Positions 54,280 to 64,000 of a DNA stretch of 64,000 nt are shown in pieces (the first letter of the stretch is position 1; each line of letters starts with the position of its first letter). The DNA lies in assembly GCA_964016885.1 (NCBI GenBank), contig OZ024744.1, forward strand, positions 49,910,001 through 49,974,000, read 5' to 3'. The DNA comes from Eledone cirrhosa (taxonomy: Eukaryota). Under the pieces are notes generated by a model. That model made no database searches. It was not told the origin of the DNA and saw only the letters and a list, made by a program, of their open reading frames with translations. The translations under genes were made by a program, and so were the position numbers.

Positions 54280-57059
54280 CCACACATACATACATACATA
54301 CATACATATCCACACATACATACATATCCACACATACATACATATACACACATACATACAAATACCTGTCACTTAATTTACACACACATCGGCCTTACAC
54401 TTTCAAACTAAATTTTTCTGTAGAAGTAACTTTAACCCTTTCTTTTCGACATAAAAATACACACATACATACAAATACCTGTAAATCTTTTTTGGGGGCC
54501 TTTCTTATCAATCTTTTTACATTCAATTATCAGCCTTATACTTTCAAAGTCAATTTTTATGTTTAAGTAACTTTCATCCTTTATTTTTCGATAAACATTT
54601 ACTTACTAACATTTGTATCACAACAACAATAACAATATTCATAAACAGACAGTAGACTTTCAAAGTCAATTTTTCTGTAGAAGTAATTTTCACCCTTTCT
54701 TTTGGACATAACATGCCACCTAAAAAGAGAAGTCGCCTCAGTCGACATACCGCGTCAGCAGTGGCGCAAAAGGCTACTATAGCAAACGAGTCCTCTGAGG
54801 AAAATGCTTCAAGACTTTCACAGACAGCCTTACGTTCAGCAGAATGTCGAGCCGCTGAAAGTTTCCAACAGCGCACCGCACGCCTAGCCAAAATGGCTTC
54901 ATACCAGGCTTCTTCCAGGGCTTCAGAGAGCCGTGAACAAAGGTCGAAGCGCCTGACTAGAAACGATGCGACTAATGCTGCTTCCAGGTCTTTGGAACGT
55001 TTAAAACAACGGACAGCTCGCCTTCCTACGAACGCTGCGGCTATGACTACTTCCATGGCTTCTGAAGATGCAGACGGGCGGTCCATTAGCATTGCAAATG
55101 TTGCTATTGCTGCCAGACCTTCCCACCAACCACACGACCAATGTTCTACGTTCAAGCGTAACAGTCGACGGCGAGAAGCTGCACGCGGTGTGACGAGCCC
55201 CAACAGCCCTTACTGGCACCTACGGGCTTTCAAGTATGAGCAAAACGTTAATTACTCGATGTGCTCTGACATAAATATAGGCGAGATGCGCTTCAATTGC
55301 CAATTCTGCAATGCTACAAAGTGGGCTGGGGAGCCACCTGCAATGTGCTGCTTAAACGGTAAGGTCACCTTGCCCTCTCTTACGCCTGAGCCTTTGAAGG
55401 AACTACTGACTGGTTATACCTCAAGGTCAAAAAAAAAAAAACCCTGATCCCCCCCCCCCCCCCCCCCCCCCCAATAAAAAACGCTCCTGGGGGTACCGGA
55501 AAAATTTTTGTAACGAATTTGATTCTCGCTAAGATTCGTCAGGAGAAAAAAGTTGCGTTGTCCGTTGCATCGTCCGGGATCGCTGCTACTTTGCTGCCGA
55601 GAGGCAGGACAGCACATTCAACCTTTAAACACCCCTTGGATTTAGTAAAAACTGAGACACCAACATGCAATATCAGCAAGAGTTCACACAAAGCTCTGGT
55701 TCTCAAAAGATGTTGCCTCATTGTTTGGGATGAGTGCACAATGGCACACAAGGGTGCCCTTGAGGCATTGGACAAGGCCTGGAAAGACATTAGGGATTCT
55801 ACGGCTCCTATGGGTGGCGTAACCCTTCTGCTTTCAGGGGATTTTCGGAAAATGGTGCCTGTCATCCCCAAATGGACAAGAGCTGATGAAGTGCGTGCCT
55901 GTCTTAAGTCGTCCATGTTGTGGCTCCAGGTGAATAGTTTGTACCTGAACACAAATATGCGTGTTCATTTGCATGATGACAACATGTCTGCAGCACAGAA
56001 CATTTTAGCACTTGGTGAGGGCAAGATCCCTGCGGATGACAAGGACGGCATAGCAATCGACACCCTGTACAACATTGTGAGCAGCCCTTCTGACCTTTGG
56101 GAAGCAGTTTTTCCTAATGTCTCATCTAACTTTCAAAACCTCGATTGGCTCAGCGAAAGAGCCATCCTTGCTCCGAAAAATACCATGGTTAATTTTATTA
56201 ACGAGCAGCTGATTGAGAAGATTCCCGGTAAAGAGCACATCTTCAAATCAGACCCCGACGATATCGTTAATTATCCGGTTGAGTTATTAAATCTTCTTGA
56301 GCCCCCAGGGCTCCCACCTCACATTATTAAGCTTAGGGTTGGCTGTCCCATTATGCTAATAAGGAACTTGCGTCCACCAAAGCAGTGGAACGGTACTCGC
56401 ATGGTCGTCAAGTCACTGACGCCCCACTTGATTGAGGCCACCATTGTAATGGGGTGCGGAAAAGGGGAGAATGTTTTCATTCCAAGGATGAACCTTTTCC
56501 CCTCGGCGTCAGATATCCCGTTCGATTTCCGGCGATCACAATTCCCGGTGAGACCATGTTTTGCCATGTCCATTAACAAGTCACAAGGGCAAACATTGTC
56601 GGTGGCGGGCATCCATTTGGGGGAGCCATGCTTCTCCCATGGCCAACTTTATGTTGCCTGTTCCCGCGCAGGGAGCAGGAATGGACTTTTTGCTTACTCT
56701 CCTGAAGGGATGACACGCAATATCGTTTACAAAGAGGTGCTATAGATGTGGGTGTAGGTGTTGGAGCTATGCCGCCTGGAACACTATTTCTTGGTAGGGT
56801 ATCCCATGGCGGACAGATCTGACACCCAGCGGCATCAGGACCACCATCTTGCAACTTTGGTCTACTAAATTCGCTATTGGAAGATTATTAACCCATCATT
56901 GATTGACCAAAATGCTAATTGGTTCGTAACTTTTAATAACCGGTTCAACTGCTTTATGCACTTAATTGATAAGCTTATTCGTTTTCAAACCACGTTTACC
57001 TGTATGTAACTTTTCATAGCAAATGAACAAACCCGAGCAACGCCGGGCTAAACTGCTAG
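53452..57059 (+). mobile_element. Helitron, internally deleted
   Basis: Probable A|TC start; 3' hairpin CCCGAGCAACGCCGGG followed by CTAG|T; N-terminal CQFC...CCLNGKV motif and PIF1 helicase; no Rep (HUH/Y2) domain seen. Confidence 0.88.
55519..56745 (+). pseudogene. Helitron PIF1-like helicase, lacking its N-terminus and Walker A
   Basis: VASSGIAATLL..GRTAHS, IVWDE, LSGDFR, ILAPKN, MLIRNL, NGTR, QFPV..CFAMSINKSQGQT, FSHGQLYVACSR. Confidence 0.9.
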
Positions 57060-57318
57060 TATATATATATATGCATATATACATATACATATATATATAT
57101 ATATGCATATATACATATAAATATATATATATGCATATATACATATACATATATATATATATGCATATATACATATAAATATATATATATGCATATATAC
57201 ATATACATATATATATATATGCATATATACATATACATATATATATATATATATATATATGCATATATACATATATATGCATATATACATATATATATAT
57301 ATATATACATATATATGC

Positions 57319-57350
<32 letters not shown>

Positions 57351-57379
57351 GCATATATACATATACATATACATATACA

Positions 57380-57597
57380 TGAAAGCGTGTGGCTGAGTGG
57401 TTAGAGAATTGGATTCGCAATCGTAAGGTTGTGAGTTCGATTCCTGGACCAGGCGATGCATTATGTCCTTGAGCAAGACACTTTATTTCACGTTGCTCCT
57501 TCTACCTGGAGTTGCGACCGATAGATAGTATTAGGAATTGGAAAGACCAACGGAAACATTGTTCCCTCGGTCCGATTTGACGAAAGTCGATCGTTCC
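57380..57597 (+). mobile_element. tRNA/CORE-headed SINE variant
   Basis: TGGCTGAGTGG and GAGTTCGATTCC boxes; matches 36075-36290. Confidence 0.75.
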
Positions 57598-57682
57598 TAT
57601 ATATATATATGCATATATACATATACATATATATGTATATATATAATATATAAGATCAAAAGATGGTTAAAAGTGTTCCATA

Positions 57683-57750
57683 TATTTTATTATGCGCATT
57701 TCAAAAACAAATATCATGCAATAACATTTGCGTTTTCGTCAGATAAAATA
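57683..57750 (-). ncRNA. Type I hammerhead ribozyme
   Basis: TATTTTAT-CTGACGA-stem II-GAAA-TGCGCA-TA-ATAAAATA. Confidence 0.75.
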
Positions 57751-58458
57751 GGGAGACATGATATGAAGGTTAAAACACACTTGTGAATAGTACAGTTTTA
57801 AATCAACATATGAAAAGTAGTTTTAGATTGATGTGTGATATTGGGAAAAAATTGAGGGGAGGTGGGGTGGAAATGATGAAAAAGAGGAGATGAGAGTAAA
57901 AAGTGGAGGGGGAGGAGTATAATGAGGAAGGATGAGATAGGAGGAGAGATGGGTGATAGAGAGAGAGAGATAGCTTTTATAACTGAGAAAAATATATTGT
58001 TTTACATAGAGAGGTTGAAAAACCGTTGGAAGATAATGTATAAATTAAAAGAAATTGAAAATTAACGAAGAGAAAAATTTAGAATAATGTTAAATTAAGG
58101 TTTGTATATTTAAGGGTTTAATAATATGTGCAATGAAAAGAAATTGTTAATAAGTATTAAGAATAATATTTAGGGGTTTAATAATATGTGCGATGGAAAG
58201 AAATTGTTGATATGTATTATTAAAAAATATAAAAATATAGCAATAGTAATGTAATTAAGGATATATTAAGTGAAATAAGTAGAAGAGTGGATGAATAAGT
58301 GTAATATGTATAAGTTAGCTGAACATGAAAGGGAGGAAAAAATAATGAATTGAGGATGAATAATCTAACGTCAAAAAAATGTTTATGTTTACGAAGCATG
58401 TGTTGATTTAAAACTGCACTATTCACAAGTGTGTTTTAACCTTCATATCATGTCTCCC

Positions 58459-58526
58459 TATTTTATCTGACGAAAACGCAAATGTTATTGCATGATATTT
58501 GTTTTTGAAATGCGCATAATAAAATA
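58459..58526 (+). ncRNA. Type I hammerhead ribozyme (predicted cut after 58518)
   Basis: TATTTTAT-CTGACGA-AAAcGCAAATGTTA/TGATATTTGTtTTT-GAAA-TGCGCA-TA-ATAAAATA. Confidence 0.75.
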
Positions 58527-58665
58527 CATGGAACTCTTTTAAACCATCTTTTGATCTTATATATTATTTATACTCCAGTCCTACAAACTGTAGAGTGCTA
58601 CTTATCCGATATCTGCATTGCTTTATTGTACTACAATAACTCACCTCCTACATATGTATATATAT

Positions 58666-60030
58666 ATTAACCTGGCTAAGACTAAAGTTCTAGTTTGTAG
58701 GAAAGAAAATAAGGCGGCGGTCCCATCGGGGAAATGGCCATGCTCAGTGTGTAGGAAAGGCGTAGGTAGAAACTCCATTTTATGTCCCAAATGCAAAGTA
58801 TGGGTGCATAAAAGATGTAGTGGGATCACAGGTAAGCTAACTAAGAACATAGATTTTACATGTGGCCGGTGCTCTGGTGCAATAAGTAGCAGCAAGTGCC
58901 CACAAAATACTAGCTCCTTCAACTGCGCAGAGGGTTCTATAGAAATAGTGGACAGCTTCGTTATCTGGGTGACAAAATCAGCAGTCGGGGAGGGTGCTCT
59001 GAAAGTACAGTAGCTAGAGTCAGAACTGGATGGAAAAAGTTCAGAGAGCTTATACCACTATTAGCCGCTAGAGGGTTCTCCCTAAAAATGAAAGGCAGGT
59101 TATACGATGCCTGCATACGAACAGCAATGCTGCATGGCAGTGAGACCTGGGCATTGTGTGCAGAGGATATACGCAGACTAGAGAGGAACGAAGCTTGCAT
59201 GCTCCGCTGGATGTGCAATAGTAATATACGTGAACGGCAAAGCATAAACGAACTAAGGAAAAAATTAGAAATAAGAGGGATCAGATGTTGTTTACTCGAG
59301 AGAAGGCTACGTTGGTACGGTCACGTGATGCGCATGAAAGACGACAGCTGTATAACAAAGTGCAGGGCAATAAAGATAGACGGTAGCCACGGAGTAGGCA
59401 GACCCAGAAAAACATGGGACGAGCTGATAAATTCCGACCTCACACGCTTACACCTCTCCAAGACAATGTCACTGGACCGAGACCTTTGGCGGTACTCAGT
59501 AATAGAGAAGACCCGCCTTACCTAAATACAAAGTAAAAACCTACTACAGTCAGTAGGCACCTCTATCAAAACACACCCCCGTCCCACCACCTCCACCCCA
59601 CCCACACCGCCCCTTTCAATGTAAAGTTATGTTGGTCCCACAACATCCAGGCCAAAACAAATGAGATCGTGTAGGTGTCACGACAAAAAACACACAGTCC
59701 ACGCTGTAAATGTGGCCGTGTAGGCAACACGGTAAAAACCTCCCAGCCCCACACTGTAAATGTGGTTGGTGTTAGGAAGGGCATCCAGCTGTAGAAAACC
59801 CGCCAGACAGTCCACGCTGTAATGTGGCCGTGTAGGCAACACGGTAAAAACCTCCCAGCCCCACACTGTAAATGTGGTTGGTGTTAGGAAGGGCATCCAA
59901 CTGTAGAAAACCCGCCAGACAGTCCTATGCGAGCAAGACAACCACTCTTGCCTCAAGTGGGAAAACCCCCGTCCAAACCCATGCAAGCGTGGAACACGGA
60001 CGCTAAACCTGATGATGATGATGATGATGA

Positions 60031-60033
<3 letters not shown>
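58666..60033 (+). mobile_element. 5'-truncated PHD-containing RTE LINE with 3' UTR
   Basis: Nearly identical to 20084-21280; the UTR has the same internal duplication as 26660-27160. Confidence 0.9.
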
Positions 60034-60075
<42 letters not shown>

Positions 60076-60207
60076 CATATATATATACATATATATACAT
60101 ATATACATACATATATATACATATATATACATATATACATATATATGTATATATATATATACATATATAGAGATTACAATAATCAAAGTTCAGTTTAAGT
60201 CATTTAT

Positions 60208-60256
60208 TTGCTTACAATTGTTTCCTCCAAACCGAGGTTTGGATTCTTCGGAGCAA
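60208..60256 (-). ncRNA. Variant hammerhead-like motif (CCGAAGA core), same family as 23985-24029
   Basis: TTGCT-CCGAAGA-aTCCAAACC/GGTTTGGAg-GAAA-CAATTG-TA-AGCAA. Confidence 0.6.
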
Positions 60257-62273
60257 CTATTTACTGATCTATAACATACATGACCTCCTTTTCAACCCAA
60301 GAGACACATAAAACATATGCGCATATTGATCAACAGTGGGGTGACATTCATCAAATGATATAGCATGGCAATTTACATGTAAAGGTTACAGGATAAAAAT
60401 AAAAATAAAAGCAAGAATGAAAATAAAGATAAACATGAAGCGTTGGCAGTCTATGAAGATAAAGCAAGAGGAAAGCTTAGAGTAGTCAGTGTATGAAACA
60501 ATCTCACGTGTAGCATGCACGCGTGTCTTATTTATACATGATTAGAGTGCGTCAGAATGATAATTGCAGGGTCAGGCAGTTGAAGCAGGCAATCGATCTT
60601 ATTATGTGGGCTGAATTATTAAGTCATTTATTCTCATACATCTGTATGATATACAGTCTCGGATGCAGGGAAACACCAAAATATCAAAAACTTTCAACAT
60701 ACTATAAACCTTATTGTATCGTAGGCAAAGCCGTACCACTGTCTTCGCTCACACCACCACTCACATAATCCATGAGACGCAATATATAGAACACGTGTCT
60801 ATCGTATAATTCACGATGGTTCAGCATATAATCAAGTTATAAACCGTATCCAGTCGGTTCTTAATTAATAGATCATGCTGTCCAGATTCCGGAAGTGTCT
60901 GAAAGACTAAGGGGAATTAATGCGTAACGGGAGGTAACTAGCTAGTTATCTTAGTTAAATTACTATCCTAAACTACATTAATGGTGATTCAAATACGCGC
61001 CTATCATATGAAGTTATAACTAATTTTTAGAGTATGTTTCCCAAGTATAGGTTAGAGAGTTGTCCATTAAGAAGTACAAGGGTGTATATATTAGGATGAT
61101 TACCATGCATTAAGGGGTGTCATATCTGAACATTCTATGAGAGGAGTCAGACTCTCAAGTCACTGTTCCATGCAAATGTAATATAACAGTAGGACCTGGT
61201 ATGGTCCCACTATTATATATGCCACCCGGTAGGCTCCGGGTCATTGCATGTCTGAATCTCCGGTAAATCTTCGGTATGGTCCGGAGATCTAATCTCACAT
61301 ATAAAGGCACTAGTCTGGTCATCAAGCAATAGACAACCCCCATCTCATATATAATCAATTAAGTATCACATCTACAAGCTAGAGTGGAGTCTATTAATAG
61401 GTACTAAAGGAGTTCACATCAAGATGATTACGATCTGGAGATTAAATCTCTCATACCAGGGCACCTGTCTGGCCACCAAGCAATACATAAACCCACATCC
61501 CACATATAGATCAGGTATCCCATCCACAGGCTAGAGTGGAGTCCAGTAACAAGTACTAAAGGAGTTCGTATCATGATGACTACAATCCAACATGGGGTGC
61601 CACACCCGGCCAATCCATAAGAAGAGTCAGACTACATAATTAACTACATGGGTCTCACTATCAGTAATGGTCTTATTATCATACATGACTCCCGGCGAGA
61701 TTCAGGTCGTAGTATGACTGCATCCCCAATAAATTCACCAGGGTGGTCCGGTGGCCGGTTCTTTCGTCAAAAGGTGCCGGTCAGGTCACCAGGCAACACA
61801 GAGGCTCCTAACTCATGCATCACCTGTGCATAGTTCATTGAACTGATCGTTTACAGTATATATTCACATAACAATACGATTATCCATCTAATCATCAATC
61901 TATCTCTTGGTGGGAATCCATGCACAGGACTATGTTATCGCAACCAGTACCGTGTCCCCAGTTTATACTAATCTTATATTTGTGCAATGCAGATTAAGTA
62001 GTCCACGGTCGAGATATCAGAATTAGAGGTACAAGGGGGTATTCCCAGGGTAGGTGGTACTAAAATGCTGTCAGTATTATCTTTAGAGTATACAAATGGG
62101 TGTGGATGTGAGGTGTAAGGTGAGCTACTGATGTTAATTGCTAGGGGTGGTGCCGGTTCCAGTCTGACATTATTATATATAGGGTTTAAAGTTTTGGAAC
62201 GGGTGTCGGAAGCGGTGTTGGCAAGTTGCGAACACTTCTGATTTTTTATTAAGGAGATTATGTTTAGAGAAGA

Positions 62274-62523
62274 TGGGCCCATGGTACCATGTGATGACAA
62301 GTGTAGAAATATCTCCAGATATAAAGCAATGCCTGTGCCGTGAAGCTTTTATAGTGAGCAAAAGCACTGCACAAAGCCCGTCCCACTCTCTTAACCAAGA
62401 TGATATTTACCAAAAAGAACAAGTCAACATCATTGGATACCATCAGGGTTGCTGATGTTATATCAGAGTTTTCCTTCTCCTAGAATTCTACCTTGACAAA
62501 GGCTAAGGGGTAATTTCTCCCGG
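62274..62523 (-). mobile_element. Internal fragment of bipartite RTE derivative
   Basis: Matches 36793-37044. Confidence 0.8.
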
Positions 62524-62645
62524 TATATATACATCTCTCCATATACATATATACATACATACATACACATATATATACATACATATATACATACCTATAT
62601 ATATATACATACACACACATATACATACATACATACATATATATA

Positions 62646-63251
62646 TGGTGGCTGCCAACTCGTTTTCGAGTACGGCCACTACTTTATATCCATGTAGGAG
62701 AACCCCTACTGATGCACTGAACGAGTGTGACTTTTTAGTCCAGCCAGCAACTTGAAAACTCTGGTACAAACACTACACTTGTGACAATTATTGACACATA
62801 GTGCTGGGCCCATGGTACCATGTGACAAGTGCAGAGAGATCTCCAGATACAAAGCAATGCCTATGCCTTGAAGCTTTTATAGTGAGCAAAGGCACTGCAC
62901 AAAGCCAGTCTCACTCTCCTAACCAAAATGATATTTACCAAAAAGAAGAACAAGTCAACATCATTGGATACCATCAGGGTTGCAGGTGTTATATCAGAGT
63001 TTTCCTTCTCCTAGAATTCTGCCTTGACAAAGGCTAAGGGGTCATCTCTCCCGGTGATTATGGATGGCCATTGACTCTTAAGAGCTCCTTTGCCCTTTGA
63101 CAGGTTTTGTTTTTAGTCCTGCAGGATGTCCAAAGTCACCCTCCTCACCAAGAAACCTTGGTGGGGTTGCCAGTTTAGTCGCCAGCGACCCAACCATGAG
63201 ACAGGTTATACTGGAATACATTTTACCAGTAGCACCAACTGGTGACCTGAC
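62646..63251 (-). mobile_element. Full-length bipartite RTE derivative, second copy (HDV-like fold at 63170-63247)
   Basis: Co-terminal with and highly similar to 36633-37241. Confidence 0.8.
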
Positions 63252-63294
63252 ATATATATACATATATATATATGCCTACATATATATACATACA

Positions 63295-63332
<38 letters not shown>

Positions 63333-63402
63333 CATTCATATATATATATACATACATATATATATACATACATATATATATATACATACATATATATATA
63401 GC

Positions 63403-64000
63403 CTTATTAAGGCTTTACAGTTCGCCAAAGTCCCACAACTATTGGTAGCTGCTGTGGAATGCCTGACCAAGAACTGGTACACCAATTTGATCCTTAGAGG
63501 TGAGAAGGAGCAGGTTAAGACTGATAAGATACATTACCAGAAGGGCATCTTTCAGGGTGATAGCTTGTCAGTGTTACTCTTCGTTCTCTCACTGAATCCA
63601 CTATCTTACCTACTCAGGAAACAAGGTGGACAAAGAAGTGAGTCCAGAAGTATCTCCCATCTTTTCTTTGTTGATGACCTGAAGTTGTATGGGCCAAATA
63701 TCAATGACATCAAGAAACAATTGGACCTCATTACACAATTTTCAACAGACATCAAAATGAAATTTGGTGAGTCCAAGTGTGCATATTTGGCAGTAAAACG
63801 TGGAAGAGCTATGCCCTCCTCTAGAAATCTAGAGATGAACGGCCTGACAATACAACCTCTACAGTCAGGTGACAACTACAGATATCTTGGACAGGATGAG
63901 AATGTCAGATATGATGGACCCTTAAATAAGGAGAGAACCAGAACTGAATACCTCAGAAGAGTAAAGAAAATATGGTCATCAGAACTGTCAGCGTACAACA
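63403..64000 (+). mobile_element. R4/Dong-like RT fragment, second copy of the 13436-15653 family, runs off the window
   Basis: Nearly identical to 13780-14375. Confidence 0.9.

Larger units (their letters stand above)
57642..58567. repeat. ~165-bp inverted repeats around a ~590-bp spacer, each arm with a hammerhead (inverted pLTR-like)
   Basis: 57642-57808 is reverse-complementary to 58401-58567. Confidence 0.88.

Noticed and set aside
55519-56745. Host PIF1 gene
   Set aside because: Intronless, N-terminally truncated, and inside Helitron termini.

Overview
Eukaryotic, very repeat-rich 64-kb window; the CORE/Nin-type SINEs, kb-long (TA)n/(TACA)n tracts and transposon mix suggest a cephalopod (Octopus-like) genome, which is inference. 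One host gene is visible: exons 2 (40495-40604) and 3 (38142-38335) of a vitamin K epoxide reductase (VKORC1-like) on the minus strand. Exon 1 was not found, so everything to the right of 40604 is probably intron 1. The rest is mostly decayed transposons: several RTE LINE families (one with a PHD finger in ORF2), a near full-length L1/Tx1 LINE, R4/Dong-like and CRE-like RLE retroelements, Penelope fragments, two maT (DD37D) elements, a hAT end, a Helitron, and SINEs. The most striking signal is non-coding: a 469-bp tandem array (48103-50140) in which each complete unit carries a perfect minimal type I hammerhead ribozyme. At least four other hammerhead-like repeat families, several fold-back inversions and a bipartite non-autonomous RTE with an HDV-like 5' fold accompany it. 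Together these look like a retrozyme/Penelope-pLTR-like self-cleaving RNA system. Most ORFs in the supplied track are microsatellite read-through artefacts. No database searches or folding computations were run; family assignments come from motifs read by eye.
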